Assembly (NCBI GenBank): GCA_043228905.1
Contig: JBHGNT010000005.1
Span: 14,508,001 to 14,572,000 of the forward strand
Direction of reading: 5' to 3'
DNA length: 64,000 nucleotides
Source: Azolla caroliniana
Lineage: Eukaryota; Plantae; Polypodiophyta
Part shown: piece after piece, positions 26,966-38,606 of the stretch
Layout of the letters: every line of letters begins with the position of its first letter
Position numbering within the stretch: the stretch's first letter is position 1
Position numbers and translations under genes: made by a program
The notes under the pieces: generated by a model
Databases searched by the model: none
What the model saw: the letters and a program-made list of their open reading frames with translations, nothing else
Told to the model about the DNA's origin: nothing

Positions 26966-29624
26966 CAGAGTGAGTTTTTGTTGTAACTGCCGCCAGGCAA
27001 AGATTGTGAGCAAGAGGTTGTTGCCTCTATGTTTACCTGTTGTATTCCTCTCGACATAGTGATAGTTTGAGTTTGTGGACTCTCGTGGTTTTCCCCATTT
27101 AGGGTTTTCCACAGAAACATACTATGTACCCTCTCTCATATTGTCTGTGTGTACGTGTATTCGCCTCCATTCCCATTCTTGGTGTTCGATTCGAAACGAC
27201 ATGATCTGAGACTCGGTTGTGGCCGAGTAATATCTCACATATTTCGCGTCAATCTGGTATCAGAGCGAAATGACACAGAAAATGGAAGATTCGTTGGGCT
27301 CACCGGCTCCAACTACTCAGTGTGGAAGTTGAAGATGAGGGACATGCTCGTGGTTAAAGATCTTTGGTTGACGGTTCAGTTCGGGGACAGGAGAGCGAAT
27401 ACGATCAACGCCACAATGTGGGAGGTAATGCACATGAAGACAACGACATACATCCGATGTTTCATCGACATGAGCATGTATAACAACTTTAATGAGGAGA
27501 GCAAGGCTCACGAGCTCTGGGAGAAGATCAACATTATGTTTTAGAACAAAAATGTTGTTAATCGGGTTTCGGTATTTCAGAAGCTAGTGAGACTCCGGTA
27601 CCAAGATTGCTCCAGTATGGCGGAGCACATGAATGCCTTCCAGGGGCTGATTCACTAGGAAACATCGTTGGAAGTACCTCTCGCCGATGAGGTACTAGCA
27701 CTGCTCCTACTCGGTTCCCTCCCGGATAGCTGGGAGATGTTGGCTGTCACTTTGGGCAACGCTGGGCTGGAAGGAAAACAGTTATCCCTAACAAGGGTGA
27801 AGTCAAGCTTGCTAGATGAGGAGGCGCGTCGGAAAGACAAGGATACGATCTCCGACTCCAAAGTGCTCCTTACTGAATCGGAATGCAGAAGACAAAGGAA
27901 CCGTAGTCCCCAGAACCGGGAAAAGTCGGGGACACGGTCAAAGTTAAGGGGGAGGCCTACTTGCTTCTATTGTGGCAAGCTGGGACACTTCCAAAAGAAC
28001 TATCGGCACTTCCGAAAAGACAAGGCAACCGACAATACCGATTCGATGCGGTCACCGGACCGGAACAATAAAGACCGGAGGGGACCAGACTGGAAGGGAA
28101 TGACGACAATCGCGGCAAGTGAAGAAGAGTTGATGCTTATTGTGAAACTGTTTTTAGAATTCAAGCCATTGGACACTAAAAGAATATAAGGTATGGAGGA
28201 TTCACATTTGGAGGACAAGGACATGAACTAACATCTCGTGGATAAGTCCAAATAAAAGCAATAAAGATGGAGAAAAGTTAAAAAGAGAAAAAGCAGACCA
28301 CCAAAACGCAGTCAGAAACAAATGCTCATAACTCTCTCGTTTGACACCCAAATATCACGTGTAAATATGGGTTAGAAAGCTTATGACGAGAGTTATCCGT
28401 AGCTTTTTAAAATTCTAAATTTGGAGCATGGATGAGGGAGATATGACGATTAGAAGATCGTTGTGTCATAGCTAAGAATAGGAGATGGAAAAGCTCTAAA
28501 AAAAGCGTGGAAAAGAAAGCAAGCGAAACTTATCTACTAGAGGAGAACTTCATATAAAGCAAGAAGAGTGAGGTGGTGAAAAAGAGTTTTTTTCTTGTGG
28601 TGTTTTTCTTGCCTATTCATGTAGTGCATTTTTCTAGTGATCAATTCATCCTTGTAGGCTTGAGTTTATGTATCTTCTTTCTCTTGTTTTCTATGATCAT
28701 CACTCCTTATTAATATATCTTTGTAGATTGGGGTTTCTATATCTTCCTTCTCTCTCTTTTCTATCATCATCTCTCTTTTCACTTATCACCGAGGAGAGTG
28801 AGTTGAACCTTGTCGATGATGAGACATCGTGGGTTGTCGATTCCGGAGCATCGTTCCACCTGACCCCGGACCGGAAATGCTTCTCATCCTACAAAGCTGG
28901 TGAGCATGGTTTTGTTCAGATGGGGAATGAGGGGACATGCCGAATTATCAGCATAGGAGATGTGCTGTTGACGACATCAACTGGATGCAAGTTGCTGCTG
29001 AAGGATGTCTGACACGTTCCGGAGGTTCGACTGAATCTAATATCAGCCGGTCGGCTAGACGATGAAGGCTACATGGGTAGCATCCAAAACGGAGTCATGA
29101 AGTTCAGCAAAGGCAACCTAATAGTGGCTCGGGCCCGGAAAGTCAACACTCTGTACCTAGTGAATGCCCGGTTATGTCGGGAAGAAGTGAACGTTGCATC
29201 TGATGCTACCGGTGAGCTGTGGCACAAGAGACTATGTCACATGAGCGAGAAGGGGATGGAGAGGCTTGTCGATGACAACCTCATTCCGGTGAAAGACGTG
29301 CATCTTGAGAAGTGCACTGACTGCCTGGGTGGTAAGCAAAAGCGGAACTCCTTCCACTCAAGGCCACCGATGAGACGTAATGCACCACTGGAGCTGGTGC
29401 ATACTGATGTGTGTCAAGTGGACATGAAGTCACATGCCGGATCGCAGTACTTAGTAACGTTCATAGACGACCATAGACGGAAGCTGTGGGTCTCACCGTT
29501 GAAGACGAAGGACCAGGTGTTATCCGTCTTCAAGGAGCTCCATGCGAGAGTGGAAAGAGAAATCTGCCGGAAGCTGAAGGCAGTTCAAGCAGATAACGGA
29601 GGAGAATACCACGGGCAGTTTGAG
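26799..29624 (+). mobile_element. Truncated decayed copia related to the 33570 and 44230 elements
   Basis: Partial LTR with (GA)n; PBS TGGTATCAGAGC 27255-27266; CFYCGKLGHF, WVVDSGAS, ADNGGEY; ends within integrase. Confidence 0.85.
28141..28781 (+). mobile_element. Solo LTR (641 bp)
   Basis: TG...CA termini; TSD CTTAT; interrupts copia ORF between ELMLI and ITEESEL. Confidence 0.85.
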
Positions 29625-30861
29625 GAGTCCGTTAAATTGACCCTCGAGCTGAACGACACGGTCGATAGCCTTCTCCACGCTCGCATCGTTGTCTCGAGAT
29701 CTCATCATTTGTTCGACGATCAACATCATCCTTTCGAACTCTCCCCCTTGATTGCTTGAGGATGCCATCTCCAAGTATCGGTTGATCCTCGATTTGATCC
29801 TTCCTGCCGCCTCTTTCACGTCGGGTTCACCACTTAATTATATCGTGAAGATTCGTCACTACGTGCGGATCGTGAGGCGGAACCGCCGGGGTTTTGGACC
29901 GGAAGGACTCGAAGTTTGCAATAGCTTTAGCGAGAAAGGAATTAAGATAGATTGAAAGAGAGAGAGATTGAGATAAGATAGAACGCTTGACTTTAGATTG
30001 AGGGAGATTAAGATTGTACTCTTGACTTTAGATTTGAAGAACAAGATTGATACATCAATTGGATAATGAATTTCTTACTTTTAATTTCTTCATTAATACA
30101 TCACTCCCGTTTTTCTTCTTCATCCACTCTTTTATAGACGCCCCCATGCATATGATGCATGTGAGGGTACAAGACATGCATACAATGCATGGAATGCATG
30201 TGAGGGTACAAGACATGCATACAATGCATGGAATGCATGTGATGCATGTTTGCCATTTGGCGCTCATGCATTACATGTGATGCATGATAACCATGACACT
30301 CAATCAAGCTCTAATATGAGAATTTACATGTAAAATTATAATGATAGAAAAAACATTTCTAAGGAAATGACTAAGCCTAGTGATACATCTATTGCCTCCT
30401 ATCTTGGAGGTGCAAGGTTCAAGCCTTGCTTGCATCCCTTTGATTACAAATCTCTAATAGGTTTTTTAGTTTAGATGATTTTGTTTGTTTTACACCGAAA
30501 TTGTCGTGATCAACTTGTCTGATCGATCTGTCTATTCAGTCTGCTTCCGACCCACTGATCTGGTCTATCCGTTCCGGTTCCGGTTCCATCATCGTCCGTC
30601 CATTCGGTGTCGGTGTCGGTTCCGGTTCCGTCGTCGCCCATCTGGTTCCGGCTCCGTCCAAAACACTATTTTGAATAACTTGGCCACATCCATTCGTCCA
30701 AGTTACACAACCCAAACCTTTTGTGCTCCTAGCACTTAGATGAAATATACGAAGATATGGCTCTACTAATATACTCTTACATCCTGATGTTGTCCTATCT
30801 ATGTGGGATATCTCACAATTTTGTTTTTCTCTTCTTCTTCTCAAACTTTACATTCACATAA
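29625..30861 (-). mobile_element. 5' LTR (left piece, from 29841) and short internal stub of the tRNA-Trp-primed element
   Basis: Collinear with solo LTR 3313-4376; resumes at 63645 after the DNA transposon. Confidence 0.85.
29815..29832 (-). promoter_or_regulatory. Primer-binding site complementary to tRNA-Trp
   Basis: Plus-strand TTCACGTCGGGTTCACCA matches the 3' end (with CCA) of plant cytosolic tRNA-Trp as I recall it; 8 nt from the LTR end. Confidence 0.75.
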
Positions 30862-31225
30862 GGGTAAAAGCATGCGAGTGGAAACACTATTATAGCTAAT
30901 TAGCTACTAAAATGGCCATAGCTAGTTAGCTATTTGTTTAGCTAGTCTTTTATGTGGGAAAATCAAATATTTGAAAAACTAATTTATGAAAAAACTCAAA
31001 TATTTGAACTTCTGTTTCAGACGTAGTGGAACTTGGGGAATAACACCATCATCTAAGGTCGACTTCAATGTCATCAATTTCCTGTTTAGCCTAAGTTTGA
31101 TTTAGAACGCAAATGGAGTACTCAGAGCACTAACGCAGACGTAGCTCTCGCAACAGCAGAAAATCGACATTGCAGATTGAGAGCTACAACACAGAACCCG
31201 CTCGATCATCGTCCAGGTATGTGTC

Positions 31226-31296
31226 ATGATATGGCAAGACTCGAACCCATGACCTTCGGTTATATGGGTCGATCTCTTGACCATTAGACCATCTAT
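31226..31296 (-). promoter_or_regulatory. tRNA-like A/B-box cassette at LTR 5' end
   Basis: Minus strand: A box TGGTCTAATGG (31291-31281), B box GGTTCGAGTC (31247-31238); copies at ~41837, ~46259 and ~51496. Confidence 0.65.
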
Positions 31297-31367
31297 TGTA
31301 ATACATAGGATATTATTTTCATTTACATTTTATTATAGGAAATTAGTGTATATTCCAGATTTCTCTG

Positions 31368-31385
31368 GAACATTCTAGAAGCTTC
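31368..31385 (+). promoter_or_regulatory. Perfect 4-unit heat-shock element upstream of LTR TATA box
   Basis: GAAcaTTCtaGAAgcTTC, ~20 nt upstream of TATAAAA; also at 46401-46418 and in the 3' LTRs; GAAggTTCttGAAagTTC at 6543 and 11593. Confidence 0.65.
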
Positions 31386-31520
31386 AGGATTACTCCTGAA
31401 AACACTATAAAAGAGGGCACTAGGCATTATGTTGAACCAAATTGGTTCAACGCCAGTCTTAAGCCTTTTAGCCACCGTTGTATATTCTCTTCATATAATA
31501 AATATCTTTCTTATCATCAC

Positions 31521-31561
<41 letters not shown>

Positions 31562-31739
31562 GTCTCGCTCACTTCTTCCTTCTCTCGAAGAAGTTCCACA
31601 CCTCTCATAGTACTAATCCTTCGTTTAGTACTAATTCCTTCTCTGTCTCAGTACTGTTCATGACAGTTTGAACCAATTTTCCCTACCTTCTGTCTCTCTC
31701 ATTTCCTACTAATATTTTATTCCTCTTTTCTTTCATCCC

Positions 31740-32891
31740 ATGGCCACTGTTAGCGCTGAAGAATATCAATCTGTTTTCTCGGAATTCCAATGCTTGAAGG
31801 AGAAGTTCCATGCTTTGGAACAAGAAAACCAACGGTTGCTGGGGGATCTTCAGCAAATCTCCTTAGAAAAGCAGCAAACGCAACAACAACATGGGGAACT
31901 TGCGTTACGCGTGCAACAACTCGAAGCCACCATCGTAGCGATGCAACAACATGGGCCCGAAACACAAGGGATTCATAAAGAACCTAAGATTGGCCTTCCC
32001 ACGAAGTTCGATGGAACGCGATCGCAGTTTAGAGGGTTCCTTAACCAGGTACGATTAGTTATTCAAATGCATCCTTCCCGATATCCCACCGATGCATCAC
32101 GAGTGGGTTTAGTAGGCACTTTGTTAAGTGGCTCAGCGTTGTCATGGTTCGCTCCACTATTAGAAAAGGAATCTCCGTTACTCAACAATTTTGAAGAGTT
32201 TCTAGGTGAGTTTAAAGCATGTTTCGGAGATACTGACAGCATCAGGACCGCAATCAACAAAATCCGGCGATTACGCCAAGGTGACCGTCCAGCCTCCGCA
32301 TACGCTGCAGATTTTCGCCTACTCGCCGCTGATATCCCTTGGGATGATCAAGCGTTGATGGAGCAATTTCGTTATGGTTTACGCAATGACGTCAAGGATT
32401 TACTCTTGACCTTCCCCGAAAAGCCAAAGTCCTTAACAGAAGCAATCAGTCGCGCGGTGAGATGTGACAACCGCCTCTTTGAGCGACATTCAGAACGACA
32501 GCTACAGATGCCGAGGGCAAGATCAGAGCCCACCTACGCCTCAGTGGTAGCAAGACCTTTTCCGAGGGAGTCATATAATGCGTCTCCAGCGAATACTCCG
32601 ACTCCGATGGAGATTGACACTACACGTCGTCGAGGGCCATTATCCGAAGAAGAAAAGCAGCGACGCCGTACAAATCGACTATGTCTTTACTGCGGTGGAC
32701 CAGGACATATCGCAATAAATTGCCCCCATAGGCCAAGAAGACAGGTAAACCAAATAGTCGCTAGTTCTAATTGTACTAAATCCGAACCTATTTCAGTAGG
32801 GATATCTGATAGTCCTAATAGTACTAATATCCCAGATCTAGCAAACAAATTTGATGTCCTTAGTCAGTTAGAAGAAGAGTTAAACGACTAA
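31740..32891 (+). CDS. gag: Chromovirus Gag (PEG10/RTL-like capsid, CCHC knuckle)
   Basis: Intact 383-aa ORF; KFDGTR...[23 protein letters not shown]. Confidence 0.92.
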   Translation: MATVSAEEYQSVFSEFQCLKEKFHALEQENQRLLGDLQQISLEKQQTQQQHGELALRVQQLEATIVAMQQHGPETQGIHKEPKIGLPTKFDGTRSQFRGFLNQVRLVIQMHPSRYPTDASRVGLVGTLLSGSALSWFAPLLEKESPLLNNFEEFLGEFKACFGDTDSIRTAINKIRRLRQGDRPASAYAADFRLLAADIPWDDQALMEQFRYGLRNDVKDLLLTFPEKPKSLTEAISRAVRCDNRLFERHSERQLQMPRARSEPTYASVVARPFPRESYNASPANTPTPMEIDTTRRRGPLSEEEKQRRRTNRLCLYCGGPGHIAINCPHRPRRQVNQIVASSNCTKSEPISVGISDSPNSTNIPDLANKFDVLSQLEEELND

Positions 32892-33569
32892 GTCCAGCCA
32901 AAATAGGAGCCGTTTGGTTGGACAGCCCTAGATCTGTGCAGCCCATTAGTGGTTCCATTCCCTCTAAGCAAGTTAGTGATGTGTTCGTAGCCCAAGTAAT
33001 AGTTAGTACTAAAAGTACCCCTCCAGTACATGTCTTAGCACTCCTAGATTCTGGAGCTAACTCTTGCTTTATGGATAAGAAATTTGCTCAAGCTCATAAG
33101 ATATCCCTAAGAAAACTCCAGTGTCTAGCCTCTGTAGTAGTCATTGATGGACGTCCCATTGCTTCCGGAAATATCCTAGAAGAGTCAGAGCCCATTAATA
33201 TTGTCCTAGATAACTTAGTATGTGTAGTATCATTTAATATTATTAGTATCCCAGAACATCCTATAGTTTTAGGACTACCGTGGTTCGAGTTACATAACCC
33301 TGACATAGATTGGAGAACAAGAGAAATCCGGTGTCGACAAACCCAAGGGTCAACTCAGAAGATGGCAACCATTTCGCTACGTCAGTTGCGTAAAGAAGGG
33401 CACAAGGAGGAAATGTTCCTCTTTGCAATATCAGTAAACCCCTCCAACACCACTAAAGAAGAATCCACCGTTCAACTTCCCGAGAAGTATCGCCATTACA
33501 CCGATGTGTTCGATAAAGTACAAGCCAACACACTTCCTCATCATCGACTGTACGATTGCCCCATCGATT
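32879..33569 (+). CDS. pol: Pol N-terminal part (aspartic protease), -1 frame, cut by copia insertion
   Basis: [11 protein letters not shown]; joins in frame to 38935 (CPID|LQPGKEPPWGP) when the copia is removed. Confidence 0.88.
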
Positions 33570-33832
33570 TGTTGCAAACAGTGCTCGGCCACAACCGAGG
33601 AATAGGATCAACTCACAGAAAACGGGAAATACAAAGTGCACTAGGACAATAGAGAGAAAGGTACACTGGATATTTTACGTGGAAAACCCTAAATGGGAAA
33701 AACCACGGGAGTCCTCAAACTCCAACTATCACTATGAACAGGAATGTACACTGGTGAAGCTACAAGGCAACAAACTTGAGTTCACTGTCTTCGCCACAGG
33801 CGGCGGTAATACACAGAGGCAACGACCTCTTC

Positions 33833-33867
<35 letters not shown>

Positions 33868-36800
33868 CTGCTCACACTTCGCATCAAAATGAGCAACAAC
33901 CTACAGCCAGCAACACTAAACAGTTTGCCCTAAGTCATATTTATACACATATGACTTTCGGACTATTTACAAACATAGCCACAGAGGGCTCTTGGAAAAC
34001 ATATTCACAAATATGTCCCCACATCTGTTGAGTACTCTCACCGGGCCTGTATCTTCATCCGGTTCCGTAACCGGGTACTCTTCATCCGGCTTCATGCCGG
34101 GTACTCTTCATCCTCTGGTTCCGTAACCGTAACCGGGCTTGCCGTCATTCATCTCCGGACATCCCATCCGGAGGGACCGAAATCCCAACAAGCTCCCCCT
34201 TCACTTCGGCATGGGATGTCTCTCCAATCCGATCCTCTTTCGGCATGCTTCCAGCTTGTCGGGTGTGAGCACCTTGGTCAGCATATCCGACCCGTTCTCG
34301 TCCGTGTGGATCTTTGTCAGCACGAACTCCTTGTCTTCTATCCTTTCCCGGATCCAGTGATATCTTCGCTGGATGTGCTTCGTCCGGGAGTGATAGGCCG
34401 CGTTCTTCGCAAGGTGGATTGCACTCTGACTGTCGCAGTAGAGTCGGTACTCCTCCTGCCGGATACCGAGCTCTCTAATGAAGTCCTTCATCCATATTAT
34501 TTCCTTGCCGGCTTCAACAGCCGCCATGTACTCCGCCTCCGTGGTTGACAACGCAACCGTCTTCTGCAGCCTCGACTGCCACGAAACGGCTCCCCCTGCA
34601 TACGTCATCACATACCCTGATGTGGACCGGCTGGTATCTGCATCAGCCGACATATCCGAATCGGTGAAGCCGTCGAGTTCGGGCTTACCGGAGCCGAATC
34701 GGAGGCACACGTTTGCCGTGCCCTTTAGGTATCGGAGTATCCACTTGGCCGCGTTCCAATGCTCTTTGCCGGGATTGCTCATGTACCGGCTCACCACTCC
34801 GACTGCATATCCGATGTCCGGTCTCGTACACACCATGGCGTACATCAAGCTCCCGACGGCAGAGGCATATGGTACTTTCATCATATCCTCCTTTTCAGCC
34901 TTTGTCTTGGGACTTTGCTTGCTGGACAGCTTGCAGTTTGCCGGGAGGGTCGATCCGACCGGTCTTGCTTCCGACATGTTGAACCGGTGAAGCACCTTCG
35001 TCACGTACTTCTCCTGTGACAACCACAACTGCTTCTTCTTCCGGTCCCGGATGATGTGCATCCCTAGTATTTGCCTCGCCGGACCCAGGTCCTTCATTGA
35101 GAAGGTTCGGTGAAGAGCCTTCTTCAGCATCCGTATCTTGACCTGGTCCCGTCCGACGATCAACATGTCGTCCACGTACAGGAGGAGTATTAGAAAGTCT
35201 CCTCCTTCGAACTTCTTCACAAACACGCAGTGGTCGGACTGCGTTTTGAGGTACCCTTCGTCGGTCATGAAGGAGTCGAACTTCCGGTACCATTGCCGGG
35301 GAGCCTGCTTCAGTCCGTAAAGGCTCTTCTTCAACCGGCATACCAGGTGCTCCTTCCCTTTCTTCTCGAATCCTTCCGGTTGCTGCATGTAGATCTCTTC
35401 ATCGAGGTCACCGTGAAGGAATGCCGTCTTCACGTCCATCTGTTCTACCTCGAGGTCCATGCTTGCCGCTATGCTCAGCACCGTCCGGATGGAGGTCATC
35501 TTCACTACCGGGGCGAATATCTCGTCGAAGTCGACGCCCTTCTTCTGCTGAAACCCCTTCACCACGATCCTGGCTTTGTATCTCGGGGGGTTTCCGGCAT
35601 CTCCCGGTTTCAGCTTGAACACCCACTTGTTTCGAAGTGCCCGCTTTCCTTTCGGCAACTCCACAAGTTCATATGTGTGGTTCTCATGTAGGGAATCCAT
35701 CTCGTACTGCATGGCACTCAACCACCTGCGGCTCTGGGTGTCATGTTTTGCTTCTTCAAAGCTCTCCGGCTCCCCCTCGTCGGTTAGCAGCACGTGCTCT
35801 GGTTCCGGAAATCTCCGGGGGGCCCTCCTCTCTCTTAGAGGATATCTCCGTTCGGGAGCTTCGGTAACCGGTTCTTCCGATTCTTCTTCTTCATCCGAAT
35901 CCATTTCGGGATCGGGGCCGGTTCCGGTATCATTTTCATCTTCTTCGGCTGGTTCTGTTTCTTCACCGTCTTCGGCCGGATCCTCGAGTGCTAACCGGTC
36001 CCTTGCCGGTCGGGACTGCTCCTCGTAGAGTTGATCCTCACCGGTCGACTTGGAGCTCTTCATCTTCTTCTCCGACTCCCAGTCGGCGAGTGTCTTGTCC
36101 TCCATGAAGATGATGTCTCGACTCCTGAATATCTTCTTGTCGACCGGGTCCCATACTCGGTAGCCGAACTCGTCGTTGCCGTAACCGAGGAATATGCATG
36201 GCCGGGTCTTTGGATCTAGCTTTCCTCTCCGGTCCTTTGCCACATGCACGTATGCGAGACACCCGAACACCTTCAGATGCCGGTAGGACACTTCCTTACC
36301 GGTCCACACTTTCTGCGGCGTGTCTCCGTCCAAAGGTACTGAGGGTGATCTGTTTATCACGTATGTCGCCGTCGACATTGCCTCAGCCCAAAACCCCTTG
36401 GGTAATTTCGCATGCGCCAGCATACTCCGGACCCTCTCCATTATGGTCCGGTTCATCCTCTCGGCCAGCCCGTTCAGTTCCGGCGTCTTCGGCACAGTAA
36501 ACTCGAGTCGGATTCCCTTCGAGCGACAGTACTCCTGGAACTGCCCCCGGTATTCCCCTCCGTTATCCGCTCGTATCGCTTTCAGCTTCTTGCCGGATTC
36601 CCTTTCCACTCTCGCGTGGAGTTCTTTGAAGACGCACAACACTTGGTCCTTTGTCTTCAACGGTGCCGTCCACAGCTTCCGGCTGTGATCATCAATGAAT
36701 GTTACGAAGTACTGGGCTCCGCCATGCGACTTCGTTTCTACCTGACACACATCAGTGTGCACCAACTCCAATGGTGCGCTACGTCTCGTCGGTGGCCTTG

Positions 36801-38571
36801 AGTGGAAGGAGGTTCGGTTCTGCTTACCGGCCAGGCAATCGGTGCACTTCTCCAGGTGCACTTGCTTCACTGGAATAAGGTTGTCTTCTGCAAGCCTCTT
36901 CATCCCCTTCTCACTCATGTGGCACAGTCTTTTGTGCCACAGCTCACCGGCAGTGTCGGCTGCCACGTTCAGCTCCTCCGGACATAGCCGGGAATTCATC
37001 AGGTACAGTGTGTTGACCTTCCGGGCCCGAGCCACTATCAGGCTCCCCTTGCTGAACTTCATGACACCGTTCCGGATGCTACCCATGTAGCCTTCATCAT
37101 CTAGCCTCCCGGCCGAGATCAGGTTCAATCGGACCTCCGGAACGTGTCGCACATCCTTCAGCAGCATCTTGCATCCGGTTGATGTCATCAGCCACACGTC
37201 TCCTATGCCGGCTATCCGGCACGTACCTTCATTTCCCATCCGGACACAGCCGTGCTCACCGGCTGTGTAGGATGAGAAGTATTTCTTCTCCGGGGTCAGG
37301 TGGAACGACGCTCCGGAATCGACCACCCAGGTCATCTCCTCACCGGCAAGGTTCAGCTCCCGCTCTTCGGTAATGAGCATGATTTCCTCTTCACTTGCCG
37401 CGAGCGCCGTCGTTCCTTTCCGGTCCTGCCCTCGCCGATCCGAACCTCTTCGGTCCGTGACTCCCCGGTATGCACCGTTTCTCTCTGGTGACTTCTTCGA
37501 ATCGGTGTCGTCGGCTCCGTTGTCTTTTCGGTAATGCCGACAATTCTTTCGGAAGTGCCCCGGCTTCCCACAGTGGAAGCATGTGGGCCTTCCTCTTGAC
37601 TGCGACCGGGTCCCCGACTTCTCCCGTCTTTGCGGACTCCGGTTCCATTGTCTTCCCCGTTCCGATTCGGTAAGCAGCGCCTTCGAGTCGGAGGCCGGTT
37701 CTTTATCTCTCCGTCGCGCTTCTTCGTTCAAAATACTTGTCTTTACCGTTTGTAGAGACAAGTTATCTTCGGTGTATGAGGTGCTGAGAGTCACCACCAA
37801 GTTCTCCCAGCTTTCCGGCAATGTACACATCAGAATGATGGCTTGCATTGCATCCTCCAGCGGGAACTTGATCGCCGCAAGCTGGTTCACGAATCCCATG
37901 AACGTGCTCACGTGTTCCACCATATTCTCGCCGTCCCGGTACTTGAGGTTCACTATCTTCCTCATCAGGGAGGTCCGGTTCAACGCATTCTTCCTCTCGT
38001 AGAGGCCCGACAGCTTCTTCCACATCTCATATGCGTTGGTGTCGTTCGCCACATGTTGTAGGACGCCTTTATCGACATATTGCCGAATCGTCGCTACGGC
38101 TTTCCGGTTCAGGAGCTTCCACTCCGACTCTATTACTCCCTTGGGTATCTCGGCATTGTCGATCGGTTCGTACAGGTCTCGGACGATGAGAAGGTCTTCC
38201 ATCTTTATCTTCCAGTCGGCGTAGTTCTGTGAGTTCAACACCATCATGCCCGGAGGCCCACTACCGCCGCCTTCCATTTTCTTTGTTACCGTCGCTCTGA
38301 TACCACTCTGTTGCAAACAGTGCTCGGCCACAACCGAGGAATAGGATCAACTCACAGAAAACGGGAAATACAAAGTGCACTAGGACAATAGAGAGAAAGG
38401 TACACTGGATATTTTACGTGGAAAACCCTAAATGGGAAAAACCACGGGAGTCCTCAAACTCCAACTATCACTATGAACAGGAATGTACACTGGTGAAGCT
38501 ACAAGGCAACAAACTTGAGCTCACTGTCTTCGCCACAGGCGGCGGTAATACACAGAGGCAACGACCTCTTC

Positions 38572-38606
<35 letters not shown>

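Noticed and set aside
30858-30886. PIF/Harbinger or piggyBac assignment for the TIR element
   Set aside because: The duplication is ATAA (4 bp), not TAA/TTA or TTAA, and the transposase motifs are Sola2-like.
34200-38300. Many antisense and alternative-frame ORFs of 60-190 aa over the copia genes
   Set aside because: Expected by-product of GC-rich, stop-poor coding sequence; no independent domain signal.
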